From the NCBI RefSeq assembly GCF_009834535.1, contig NC_045696.1, positions 39,434,001 through 39,498,000 on the forward strand: DNA of 64,000 nucleotides, written 5' to 3'. The translations under genes and the position numbers were made by a program. The stretch is from Camelus ferus. Taxonomy: Eukaryota. This document shows, one piece after another, positions 14,246 through 27,026 of the stretch. The notes beneath the pieces were generated by a model. The model was not told the origin of the DNA. It worked only from the letters and a program-made list of their open reading frames with translations, and made no database searches. Numbering within the stretch: the first letter of the stretch is position 1; the number at the start of each line of letters is the position of its first letter.

Positions 14246-14969
14246 TTGCTACAATTCAAATACCAATTGCGCCTATGCTCTCATAAATAGCATTAAACAT
14301 TTTAATAAATTTTAACCAACTTTCACCTCTTTCCAAAATACTTTCTTTTTTCCGTATGAAATCACAACTACCATCCTTCTGATGTATGGCAACTCAAGCC
14401 TGTTGTGCTATGATTTGAATACAGTGCTTCCCACCAAGAGGCCAACAGAAGTAGTTGTAAATGGAAATAAATTATCAAGTTGTTTCTTACAAAGAGCTCT
14501 AAAGCTTCCATCTTAATAACTGGAAATCAAAAATTTTAACTGTTAGGGAAGCTTACAGTTAAGCTTACAGAATAAACCTGAGAGACAATTTTTTAGATTT
14601 TTTTTTTACTTCAGTAATGCACATTTTTAACCTATAAACTCCTATCAAGATTGTTGTAAAACAGTCTCAAATAAGCAATTTAAATACAGAGTTGGTCAAA
14701 TTATATCCTCTAAGATTAGAGGGCAAATGATAATATTTACTAAAACACAGCCAAACATAAAAAGACTACCAATTCATGTGTTAACTTCATTTTGGATACC
14801 ACTCCTTTTACCTGTTACCAAGTATTTAAAATCTGCCAAAGTTCTTTTCCAATTACTTCCTCATGACATATCTGAGATTAAGAAAAAGATAAGTGGGTAA
14901 ATAAGAACAAAGATTTGTAAATAAGTGCAATGGTTTTCCCAAGGACAGTTACTTATCCAACTGATACTA

Positions 14970-15455
<486 letters not shown>

Positions 15456-15643
15456 TCAAGGACAAATACAGATTTTGAAAGCAATTATCTCAAAATCACT
15501 CTTTATCCTATTCCCCATCCCATGGATCTTTAAAATAATGTATAATCATTAATGAACATATATTTTTAAAAAAGAAGTAAGCATGTGCTTAAGTTCAAAA
15601 CAAAACTCATTATCATGAAAGTACTTATTGAATGCTCACATAC

Positions 15644-15687
15644 CCAGGATGCTACGGAGACAGAGGTCTTGTTCTCTAGTCTATCAC
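15644..15687 (-). CDS. CLDND1: CLDND1 44-nt cassette exon of the N-terminally extended isoform
   Basis: ttttagtgtgcag|GTGATAGACTAGAGAACAAGACCTCTGTCTCCGTAGCATCCTGG|gtatgt; encodes (G)DRLENKTSVSVASW and puts the exon-1 ATG in frame with [11 protein letters not shown]; matches the human long isoform as I recall it. Confidence 0.85.
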
Positions 15688-16822
15688 CTGCACACTAAAA
15701 CAGACAACACTGAAATGGACATACACATTACAGATACAAACAATAGACATGCCCAGAGTCAGCAATGTACCTTGCATAAATTTTTAATTACAGATTGAAT
15801 TTTTATACAAGCTACCAAGCATTGTGTTCTGGGTCTGAGTGTGGAAAAGGCATAGGAAAAGGAAGCAGGGGAAATCGGCCCCTCCCAGTTTTCCTCTGAA
15901 TAGGGGAAACCTTCTAAAACAAGGTTAAGAGTCAGGAGCTATTTAGAAGACAGTTGAAAATGTTTGTTAACCCAGAGAGAAAGGTTGTTGCGGACGTACG
16001 AAGAGCAAAGAGAATAATAACATAGAATAATGCCAGATACCAATCTGCCCCTAATCCATTAAAGCTAAGCCAAGCTCCTTTACGCTGCCAAAGTCTTCAC
16101 TCCTATCTACTCTCTCCATTCCTTACACTTTTGAATCTCCTCATCTGCAGACTAAACGATCCCTTCCCAGCCGGAAAGAAAATTCTGAAAGGGGCAAAAT
16201 ACGAACACTCTAAAGGCGTCGACAGGCTCAATGGCAGTAGTAAATGGCCGCAATAAAATGACTCAAGGCAGATCAAGCTGAGTCAAACACTGCAAGTATA
16301 TACTATGACCGCACCAAACACCTTACAAAAGGAGCACGAAAACAGGCTCGCAAACTGGGGTTGCTGAGTTTGGAAAATGGCAAGTGACTCAGGAGAGATC
16401 AAGGCAATTACAATAATTAACGATAACTCCAGAAGTTGGGTTTGTATTTTTATTCTTTTTAATCCCTTTTCATCCTGGTGCTCTCAAATGACCTTAAAAG
16501 GTCTGGGGCACCGGGAGCGGCGGTTTGCCCAGGCCGGACGCCCGATGCTGTCACCTCGCGGGGCGCACCTCGGGGCCGGGGGAGGTCGAGAAAAGCCGGG
16601 GCTGGGGCGGGGCAGCCCTGCGCGGTCCCAGCCGGGGGCCCCAGGTACCAGACCAGGCCCCTCCCCAGACTACCCGGCCGAAGGAAAAGCCCCGCCTCAG
16701 CCCCCCGCTCAAAACCCGCACAGCCCCGGCCGCGCCAGGGGAGGGAGCCCCTCTTCAAACGGCTGGAAGCGTTGAACGGCTAACGCGACCCCAGCCCAGC
16801 AACGCCGGTCCCGCTCACTCAC

Positions 16823-16829
16823 CGCCCAT
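16823..16829 (-). CDS. CLDND1: CLDND1 exon 1 upstream start (ATG GGC G), then splice donor
   Basis: GGAGG ATG GGC G|gtgagt: strong Kozak context (-3 A, +4 G) and consensus donor. The 5' end of the exon (TSS) cannot be fixed from sequence. Confidence 0.8.
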
Positions 16830-16990
16830 CCTCCTGCTCCGCCAGCTTCACCCTCAAGCTCAAACCACTGCACCCTACTCTCCCCGCGCCTCCTCTGACG
16901 CACTTCCCTGCAGAGCCCGCCCCCTCCATAACTCCCGCGCCTCCGCCTCCGCCTCCACCCCGGGCCGGGCCTGGCCCCAGGGCCGTGGGG

Positions 16991-17085
16991 GCTTCTGGGA
17001 GTTGTAGGAGCCACAGAGGAAAAGCTGCGAGAGGCGGCGGACGGCATTCCCGGCGCCACGCGCGGTGCATTGTGGGAGATGTAGT
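16991..17085 (-). promoter_or_regulatory. Two ZNF143/THAP11-type (SBS) promoter motifs
   Basis: Minus strand ACTACATCTCCCACAATGCA (17066-17085) and CTACAACTCCCAGAAGC (16991-17007) match the ACTACAnnTCCCAnAATGC consensus. Confidence 0.75.
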
Positions 17086-17889
17086 TCGGCTCTCCCGAAG
17101 GACAGCCGGTGCGCAAAAGGGAGGTCTGGGCTGATGGCTTCTTACATTTTACTAAGGAAGGGACGAAGGTCCACCGAGTAAGGCGACCTCTTTACGGTTA
17201 CCGCTGGTCACTGATTGTGCCTGTTATAACTCAGGTTTTCCAGTCCTGTGCTTCTCCTACCACCACCCTACTTGCGAAGAGCAAAGAGATTAGACTTTTA
17301 AAATATTAACCCATTATTTTCTCTCCCACAGCCTCACTCCCATTGCAGCAGATAGTCTTTCTGATTGTATTGCTTAAGTTTAGACTAAGAAGGATGTAGG
17401 CCTGACAGACGGTATCCAACTAGAATGTAGTGACGTTCTTTGGGTTTTATATAATTTATGTTTGTGGCTGCCTTCTCTTTATGGCAAGTGATATTTGTCA
17501 TCTATTTATTATAGTAAAGCTTACTTTTAAAATAAATTACAGTTAGTTAAAGAAGAATATTAAGTTAATACTGAGGGTCCCTGATATGTCAAAAAACGTG
17601 AATAAAAAGTTGTTTATGTGGTATAAAAAAGAGAATTTTGGAGAACATTGCCTAAGCAGATAAGGTCATGGACAGCCTCAGAGCTGTCAGGGCTTCTCAG
17701 TGCATTTATTCACCAGGAAGTTTTCATCCATTGATCTTCATTAGACATCCCCTACCTCTATCTCCAGTGAAATGGAACTCTTTCTCCAGTGAAGTCTCAT
17801 GGTAAATAAACCCAGGTTAAAGAGAAGTTTGGAAAAGGAAGAGAAAGACACCACCTCAGTCACAGAGAAGGGAACTGAGCCTAGGCAAA

Positions 17890-18110
17890 AACTGACTTCA
17901 AGCTTGAATATTTGAGTGGGCTGACTAGCTTTGTGACATTAGACAATTTACTTAACCTTTTTAAGTCTCAGTTTTCTTTTCTCCAAAATACGATGTTGAC
18001 GGTAGCACCTATCCCATGTGATTATTGTGAGGATTAAATGAGAAAATACATATAAAATACCCAGCACAGGGTCTGGGGCATAGTAGACAATCATTAAATT
18101 ATTATTATTT
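17890..18110 (+). mobile_element. MIR SINE
   Basis: actagctttgtgacattagacaatttacttaacc...tctcagttttc...tgtgaggattaaatgag...ggcatagtag. Confidence 0.75.
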
Positions 18111-20819
18111 GCAAACATTTGTTCAACACCTATAAACTTTGAATAGGGTTGGTATAAATGCTTTTTTAAAGTTCTCAATTCCCCTGTAGGCTGGAAATAA
18201 ACCATTTATAAAGGGGTCCCTGATCACTTCAGGACGTTTTTGAACCTCTGGACTAACTGCCAAATGACTTGGAAAGACATGCCAGGACCAGATTTCAGGC
18301 ATCTTTGCTGAGCTCTGCTCAAGAGATTTCCGAGGTTGGGCTCATACATAAGTCTTCAGGATTCAGAAGGTGGATATTTCTGAGGAGACCGGCAAAGGAG
18401 GATGATGCTTTCATCCATCAAGTCTGCAGAATGCCTACAAAAAAACAAGACACACTTCAATCAGCAGTTTAGTATGGACCTGGAAGTGTCTGTGTATTTG
18501 AGGTTGTAACCATCCTGCCCACTCAGCACAGAGAATTTGAACCACCTCGTCACACCCAGTACCACCAAGCACACAACCATATCTGATTTATCTCTACATT
18601 TTGGGTGTTTCTATCTTCTATTAATGTTTCTTCATTGTGTGGATAGGCAAAATAAATCCTTAATAAATTAATGGATTTCAATTTCTGTTTCCATTTCTTA
18701 CTATGCTGTTTGGGAAATAGTAGCCGGCCTGACATTTTTCACAAATGTTAAAGATGATTTAGCACAACAGGTTCAGATTATGAAATTTAGATTTAAAAGC
18801 AAAGTTGAACTAGACCTCTGGCTTAATTTGTTTAAAGATGGTCCTAGTTTCTGCAAGAAGATGTTATAATTACACTACACTTTAAATAAACCCAACAACC
18901 AAAAATCTAGACATGCAGATATTATAATTTTTTATATTATGTGCTTACAAAACAACTATGCAAGAATCCCCTTCAATACCAAATTCCCTAATATGTTTAA
19001 ATATTATTTTTAATTGTACTTTTCTTCAGAATTAAAAATTATGTTAAGGCAAGATGTATCTACGTTGTATTTTTCTCATATAATTTTATCCTGGTTATTT
19101 TCCTTATGAATTTTGGAATCAGAATGGAAGAAAATAGAAATATATGCAAGTTCTGGGTTCCAATTAACAACTATCTTCCAAAAAAAGGCACCAATTTCTT
19201 TGTACCAATTCACTATAGAGTAACAGCAAAATTAATCAAGGACAAGGCAAATAGAAAAGTGCATCTAAAATGGCTCTTTCATTTTAGTAATTCGGCACAG
19301 AGTTCATGCGACACAGAGCAGCAAACTATAGTAGACCATGCTTCTGTAGGACAGAATGACCATATGTAGATGAGAAGTTTAAATTTAAATTGTACTTATG
19401 TTAAAATCATCAGTGTGAATCTTTGGTAAATGACCTCTTTCTGGGTGTCCTCATTAGTAAAATGGTTGTATTGGTTATCAATTATGTCACTTGAAGCTCT
19501 AAAATTTCATGATTTATAATTCTGCTGAGATAAGAACAATGTAGCTCCAAAATGTGGTTTTCATAGATGCACAGCATTAAACTTTCACTGGGGAGTTAAG
19601 TGGCCTACACCTCCAGCCTAGGCAATATTTAAGAAGGCAGAGATAGTGGGAAATGCAGATGGACAAAGGAAAAGGAGGAAGGCTGTATGCATTCTGATTA
19701 GAAAAGATACAGCAACACAGACCTTTGCTATTTTAACGATAAACAGTAATCATAGAAAGTGGAAGCTGTCCAAGAAGTTTGGGAAACTCCCTATTCACTA
19801 GAAATGACTCAAAATTCAAGCATAATTCAGTCCAAATCTACAAACATTTATTGACCACCTATTGTATGCCAAACACTATGCAGGATACCAGGGACACCAA
19901 TATAAAGAAACACAATTTTTGCTATACAAACTTAAATCCTGATTAAATCAACAATTATGAAAAAGCCTGAAGTATATGTGCCTAGAATAGTAACATCACC
20001 GCTGTGTATGTATGGGGTACCAAGGTAAGTATAATGAAGTGGGGGAGGACCCTGATAATGGCAAATAGATGCCACATAATTTGGCAATATATATTACATT
20101 ATATTGCACTAGACTCTTCAAGTAACTCTCAGAACAAAAAAACCCATCAACTTTAGAGTGTAAACAGATTTCTTAAACTGGACTATTTAAATGGTTATAT
20201 ATTTTATGATACTCAAGTAAGAAATGGACAAGAGAGTGTTTCTAACAAACATATAATCACTCTGTCTGATTGATAAGATTTATGAAAACCAAATAGTTTG
20301 CTTCACGATCTTTGCCATTAATTCTGGGGCATATCAGTGGAGCATATGTGAACAGAGATTTCTTTCTGTTGTGCTATATGCTACTTAATCTAATGAATCC
20401 TATCTAATACAGGGCCAGAGTGGTTGATGGGGAAGAAACAGAAGTAATATATCACAATGCCAGTTGAGGTGGCTATATTCACACAAAACCTTCAGTCTAC
20501 CCGTGAAGCAGAGGCTGCAAGTCGCAGCGATGGCTATGTGACTAGACAGCTAGATTCACCTGAACAGAAGCATTGGTGGACAAAATCTTACTCTCTCCCC
20601 ATGGTCAACATCTGAGCCGATTCTGAACATATCTCAGGAATTGGGAACGCAAAATTAGGGAGGGTTCAGATGTCTAAATTAATTCCTAAAGTTTTGTGCA
20701 AGCTAGTCCAGAAGACTTCTAAGAAGTTCAAATTTAGAGGTGATTTTTAAACTTAAAAAAATTAGCCAAAATAATAACAAAGCATAATGTATAAGGTTAG
20801 TTAGGATTATATATTAGAA

Positions 20820-20970
20820 CAGTGATTCTAAACTTTAGTGTGTGTACAAATCACTTTGAATACTTGTTAAATGTAAAGTACTAGGCTCCACTCCTAAGGA
20901 CTCTGATTCAGTAGATCTGGGACCAGGTTCAGAAAGCTCCAGTTTGATGGGCACCCCAGGTGACTCTAAG
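20820..20970. mobile_element. MER5A-like hAT MITE
   Basis: cagtgattctaaacttt...aaatcac...cttgttaaatg...ctctgattcagtagatctggg...ccccaggtgactct. Confidence 0.7.
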
Positions 20971-21059
20971 GTGGGTAAAGTGATTTGGCATCCAGGTTCA
21001 AAACAATGGCTTTATGAGACCCAAAAAGACTTCGGCTGGGTAACTACAATAAGCTGGAG

Positions 21060-21310
21060 GCCCATGGAAAGATAACAGATGGTCTCTGCCTTCAAGTTGC
21101 TCATGATCAGTCAGGAGATCAGACACCAGAACAACTAAGCAGGTGAAATGAGGTAATAAGTACTTTATAAGCAGTATTGTAAAAGTTCTTGGAGAACACA
21201 AAGTGAAAGCAATTATCTCTGCCAGGGATGAAGGAAGAAATTTAAGTGGTTTTTTGTTGGGTTTTTTGTTTGTTTTTTTCTGGAAAGACAATTCAGAAGA
21301 GGTGACATGT
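21060..21310 (-). mobile_element. LINE-2 fragment
   Basis: ggtctctgccttcaagttgctcatgatcagtcaggag...ttcagaagaggtgacat. Confidence 0.5.
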
Positions 21311-23797
21311 GCTGTAATTAAGTTACTGATATTTACAGCTTACTCTTTTTATTTTTTTGGTCATCACCCTGTTCATACTGCCTTTTCGTATGCTTATTGT
21401 ATCCAGTGTTGTTTTTGAGTTTCAGTCTGTATGTGGTTGGTCATTTTACTGTTAGCTTCCTCATGTTTATTTCAAGGAGCATTCAAAGTTAAAAATGATT
21501 GCTGCTCCAAGCTTATTTAGAACTATTACCTCCCCTACTTTATCTAGTCAGCTTTTATTGTGGGTTCTGTCTTATAATAGCTTTGCACTCTGAGTTATTA
21601 AAAGACCAGAGCTATGCTATTTGTTCCTTTATTTTAGCACAATTTATTTTCCAAATTAGGTCCCAAGATATTGATGGGTATTCTCATATTGTAGCATTTG
21701 ATCACTAATTACCATAGTCTAAAGTGACTATATGTGATAAAGCAAATAATTTTGTCCACAGCTGCTTCAGAGTTTACTGAGAAAGTCAGATTCATTTGAG
21801 ACAGTTTACATTAGCAGGCCAACAACTTTGGAATGCTGAAAGAAAATTTAAGGTCTTCAGAATAAATGTACAGCCAGATGTTTTCCTCCAGAGTATGAGC
21901 ATGAACTCTTTTCCATTTTATAGTACTTTTTATGTGGAATTCTTGAGACATATCTAAAAATTTTTTTAGTATCTTAGGCCCAGAATCAACCTTATCTTTC
22001 AAAAAAAACAGGAGAACTTCTAGTTGCAGAATGCAAAATTCTAATAATATGAGTAAAATACAATTACAAATAAGTAAAGTTTAAATATATATAATTGTTT
22101 CTTTAATATACACACATATATAGATACAGCATTTAAATATTTAAATATTCTATGTTTACTCTAGCAATCCTTTTCAAGTAAATGTTGTCCTGTTTCAAAC
22201 TATTTGACAAAATGAATTATTCTATTAAATATTTAAGGCTTACCCTAGTGGGAATGATTTCTATTTCAGAAATGTCAAAAAGTTAATTAGTTGATCTCCT
22301 CTGCAGCCTATATTTAGTGAAGGATGTGCCCTCCCCTACTCCTTCCAGAAACAACACAGAGCAGCTAAGGACCCAAAAGAAGGCAGGCCCAGGCCCGTAA
22401 GTCAATTCCCAAGCAACTTCCAGAGGCTGCCCCAGATCAGGAGAGCCTAATCCTTCCCTGACCTAGACTCACATGCCTGAGACTGAGGTGACGACAGAGC
22501 ACCTCAGGAAGAAGGGAGAAGGAGGGAGTACAGCAGGCAGTATCGTTCTTTTTAACACATGAATTATGGAAGAAATAAAAATTCAGTAGAAAGGACTTCA
22601 AATGTTTAACAATTATACTTTCATCTATACAATAGTAGTATCAGCCTGAAACTAATTTTGGTGATGAAATGGGATGGCAGGAAAGAGAAAGACAGGAAAG
22701 TGTACATGAGCCTTGAGCCACCTTGGCCAGGAGGAATTGAAATAAAAGGATAAAAGGAGTCAGTTGCAGAATTTGTCGTCTTTTACTATGGTCTTCCTAA
22801 ATAAATGGGAACAGACGAGGGGGAAAATATGATAGGATCCTTTCAATGTTAGCCAGTTTCTTAAGTGTTTTGGATGAACCCAAAATCTTCCCTTTCTAGT
22901 GCCTATACTGGCAACTCCATTGTAATGTCACTTAATAAAAGTCTGTCTGTTGCCAAGTCAATAGTTCCAAGAGTGAAGTTCACGGATGTGTGGAGGCCCT
23001 TATGGAAAAGTCATAGCTCGAAAGCTAACAAAATCACTTCTGTCAAGGTGAGGTGTAAAGAAGAGAAAGTCAGAGGAATTCCAGAGTCTGATAAAGGATA
23101 GTTATTCGAGGATTAGTAGGGAGAAAATCTCCTACTCAAGGATGTTAATGCTAACAAAACAAAACTAACTAAACTAAATTTCATTGGTTGAATTATAATA
23201 ACAGATAAGCACAAAAAAATAGCAGTTTGTGATTTTTAAACCTGTGTCTGTAAGCTCCATAAATAACAACAATGCCTGCAGTTAACCCCCAATGAATTCA
23301 TCCTTGCTAAGTTATACTGGATCACAAAAATGAGAGTTTTCCTAATCAGCTCAAAAAATTAATGTTTCCAAAGCACCTATTACGTGCAAGATGCTGTGTT
23401 AATTGTACTGGAAATTTTTCAAATAATAATAAAGGCACAAGACATGGCTCCAGCCTTTCGGGAATTTTTAACAACTTATTGAATGAGACAAGATCAATTA
23501 TGCATGAACTGAAAGAGTCAAATAAATGGGGAGTACCTAATACCCTAACTGGAATCATTATGTTTGCCAGTAGATGCGGACTGGTATGATTGGGGAAAAA
23601 TTCAATTCTTTATGTGATGAAAGACTATTTTCTTCACATTTCACCATGATGTAAATAAAGGGTATCGTCCATATCACCACCTGAAAATCCTAAAAGTAAA
23701 CCATATCCTGCAGGTGAAACAGGAGGCTAGATCAGAAGGACTCTTAATGTCAGAAAAACAATGTCTTTAAAGTAGGTAAGGAAAAGAAAAATTAATT

Positions 23798-24044
23798 CAC
23801 TTCCTAATTTCTGGATTTAAAGAAACAAATTGTACATCTTAAAAAAAGAAGTCAAAAAGCACCTCAGTTTCCTGGGCAAATGCAAATGAAGAAAACCATA
23901 ACCACAATCACCCAAAAACAATCAGGGTGGTGTTCCTTGTGGGCCCTTTCTGAGGATTGGTAGAAACTGCATTTTTTAATCTCTGTTTTTATGATGGTTC
24001 CAAGGTCTTTTAAGGAAGGGGGTGGTGCAGGCACCGTATAAAAG
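23798..24044 (+). promoter_or_regulatory. GPR15 proximal promoter with TATA box
   Basis: TATAAAAG 24037-24044 (about 80 nt before the ATG), octamer ATGCAAAT 23880-23887, RUNX AACCACA 23900-23906, ETS CACTTCCT 23798-23805. Confidence 0.6.
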
Positions 24045-24116
24045 AAGCTGTCTTGAGATTTCTAAAATTTATACAAAACCTTCCTAGGTAAGGAAACTTA
24101 ACAGGTTTGCCACCTG

Positions 24117-25206
24117 ATGGACCCAGTGATGGCCCCAGAAGCCACCTTGGCTTATCCAGATTATTTCTATGCCACAAGCCCAGATCCAGATATCAAGGAG
24201 ACCTACTCTCATGTTACTTATACATCAGTCTTCCTTCCTATCTTTTACGCAGCTGTGTTCCTGATTGGAGCGTTGGGGAACCTCATCCTCATGAGCGCGC
24301 TGCATTTCAAACAGGGGCAGCCGAAGGCTCATCGACATCTTTATCATCAACCTGGCTGCCTCTGACTTCATCTTCCTCGTCACTTTGCCTCTCTGGGTGG
24401 ATAAAGAAGCATCTTTAGGACTGTGGAGGACAGGCTCTTTCCTGTGCAAAGGCAGCTCCTACATGATCTCAGTCAACATGCACTGCAATGTTTTCTTGCT
24501 CACCTGCATGAGTGTGGACCGCTACCTGGCCATCGTGTGTCCAGCCACATCCAGGAAGTTCAGAAGGAGAGACTGTGCATATGGAGTCTGTGCCAGCGTC
24601 TGGTTTATCTCCTGCCTCCTGGGGTTACCTACTCTTCTGTCCAGGGAGCTTACCCTGATTGATGGTAAGCCATACTGTGCAGAGAAGAGGGCCACTTCAA
24701 TTAAACTGGCTTGGGCCCTGGTGGCCTTGATTTTTACATTCTTTGCCCCTCTGGTGAGCATTGTGACCTGCTACTGTTGCATCACAAAGAAGCTGTGTGT
24801 TCATTACCAGCAGTCGGGAAAGCATAACAAAAAGCTGAGGAAGTCCATCAAGATCATCTTTATTGTGGTGGCAGCCTTTGTCTGCTCCTGGCTACCCTTT
24901 AATACTTTCAAGCTCCTGGCCATTGTCTCCGGGTTGCAACAAGAACTCTCCTTTTCCTCAGCTTTTCTCCAGCAGGGCATGGAGGTGACTGGGCCCTTGG
25001 CATTTGCCAACAGCTGTGTCAATCCTGTCATTTACTATATATTTGACAGCTACATCCGCCGGGCCATTGTGCACTGCTTGTGTCCTTGCCTGAAGAACTA
25101 CGACTTTGGGAGCAGCACCGAGACATCAGACCTCACCAAGGCTCTCTCCAACTTCATTCAGGCAGAAGATTTTGCCAGAAGGAGGAAGAGGTCTGTGTCC
25201 CTCTAA
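24117..25206 (+). CDS. GPR15: G protein-coupled receptor 15 (single coding exon), split by a +1 base at 24313-24317
   Basis: ORF 24117-24365 gives the Tyr-rich N-terminus and TM1 (...[15 protein letters not shown]). The shifted frame continues [31 protein letters not shown] and the C-terminal RRRKRSVSL. Removing one base gives 362 aa (358 aa from the ATG at 24129). Confidence 0.97.
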
Positions 25207-26084
25207 AAGGGACAGTTACATTTCAAGTTCCTTTGGTGGATTGGAAAGTGCATTTGTGTCAGCGACAAAGAAAGGAGTATTGCTCATAGTATTCATATTG
25301 CTTCATAAAAACAAGAAAGAGTTAATCTTTACAGGGAAGACTAGAAAGTCCCTGTGTCTGTGGATATATATAGGCCATGCACTGGTTTTTTTTCAGCTGA
25401 GTGGCCTTATTTGACCCCTTTCAGTCAAGTTCACCAGGCAAAATACAACTCTTGTATGTCCTTGAACTCGGAGGTAAAGGCTCTGGCTTGGACCAGTTCT
25501 TTCTTCATGGTTGTCAACCTACACTGCGGCCTTTTCCTATCTCAGGAACCACAGTACCTTGAGCTACACCATCCTTCACATTCGGCTTCAAAGTGGACGA
25601 CATTTAAAGGATTCTGCCCACTTACATCTGGTGAGCAATGTGGTGATCACACAGGTAGTAAAAAATATAATATGCCTATGCTCAGCAATTCATTGCTCCT
25701 GAGTAATGAAGTGGAGTTCTGGCCTTAATCTTTAGAACTTTGTATGCTGATTCTATAACATCTTCCAACACTGTCTTCACCCTATACCACTCACAATGAT
25801 GTTGGGCTGGCAAAAAACTCATGGGGGTTAAATCATTTTGTACTATGTGTATGATACGGGACTTACTTTACCACTCAGTCTTCAGTATTTTAATGAGAAA
25901 GCATAAGGACAAGATTTGATTTATAAGATATACTTGTATGGTAAAAATGTATCTCATTATAATTGTGTAGTAACTACTTTTCAATTGGGGTTTGGCTGTG
26001 GTCTTTGTTTTCATTGCCTTTATAAATTAGGATATGACTTTTCTTTAATTACATGTTTTTAATCACCCAGTTATCTAGTTATCA

Positions 26085-26090
26085 AATAAA
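26085..26090 (+). terminator. Candidate GPR15 polyadenylation signal (second at 26290-26295)
   Basis: AATAAA about 880 nt after the stop; usage unverified. Confidence 0.35.
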
Positions 26091-26577
26091 AACATTACTA
26101 CCACTATAATTAGAAGTCATCAAATGCTTAACTACACCCTCGTGCAGATGATCATTTTGTATTTTAATTAAAACATTAGTGCTACACATTCTCTATAGCA
26201 TCATTTGCTTGGTGTATGTAATTTCAAGATGTGATCCAATAACATAGGAAGACAGGAATCTTTGTATTCAGCTGAAGTGAAAAATCCATAATAAAGATGT
26301 TACTGGTATCTTATATACATTTTTCCAAGCCCAGAGACCTTCCGGAATTCCCTCACCTGATAAATATTTATTGAGTCATTTTGTACTTATATCCCTTTTA
26401 AAGAATTTGAAGTGAAAAATGTAATTAGCAGCAACCACAAAGGGCTTTGCAGCAGCAAATCCTACTATAGTAAACCTCTTCTGATTCAAGATAAAGTGGG
26501 TTATGTTGTTACCCTCACTGTTGACTCAGATGAATTACTGCTTTACTTCTAAATATTGAGTTTAAAAATCAGGGAAA

Positions 26578-27026
26578 TTAGCAATATTGAGCATTTTTTC
26601 ATGTGCCTATTGGCCATTTGTATGTCTTCATTGGAGAATTACTTGTTTAGGTCTTCTGTCCATTTTTGGATTGGGCTGTTTAGGTTTTTTTGTTATTAAG
26701 TTGTATAAGCTGTCTATATATTCTGGAAATCTTTGTCAGTTGCATCATTTGCAAATATTTTCTCCTCTTCCATTGGAAAGCAGGTGGGAAGGGATAAATT
26801 TGTCAGTTTGATATTTGCAAAGGTTAACCACCATATATAAAAATAGATAAAAAGTAAATTTATCCTCTATAGTACAGGGAATTATTTAATATTTTATAAT
26901 AATCTTTAATGAAAAAGAATAGGAAAATGAATATATGTATATATGCATGACTGGGACATTGTGCTGTGCCCCAGAAATTGACACATTGTAACTGACTATA
27001 CTTAAACTAAAAAAAAAAAAAAAAAA
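26578..27026 (+). mobile_element. Camelid-type LINE-1, 5'-inverted and truncated, with poly(A) tail and TSD
   Basis: Antisense L1 segment ~26583-26765, then a sense 3' end (...gcatgactgggacattgtgctgtgccccagaaattgacacattgtaactgactatactt) and A18; flanks aaaaatcagggaaa / aaaaatcatagaaa. Confidence 0.85.

Larger units (their letters stand above)
16480..17200. promoter_or_regulatory. CpG island / CLDND1 promoter
   Basis: Sharp GC- and CpG-rich block in AT-rich surroundings, with several GC boxes (ggggcgggg, ccccgcct) and an ETS core (cacttcc ~16901); contains exon 1. Confidence 0.9.

Noticed and set aside
16377..17116. Several overlapping Pro/Gly/Arg-rich ORFs on both strands
   Set aside because: Expected by-product of stop-poor GC-rich CpG-island DNA; no recognisable protein.
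24311..24320. Programmed ribosomal frameshifting or a micro-intron rescuing GPR15
   Set aside because: No slippery heptamer and no GT-AG pair that would preserve the protein; a single-base error is simpler.
24385..25206. 273-aa ORF as a separate short GPCR
   Set aside because: Starts at a TTG inside TM2; it is the downstream part of frameshifted GPR15.
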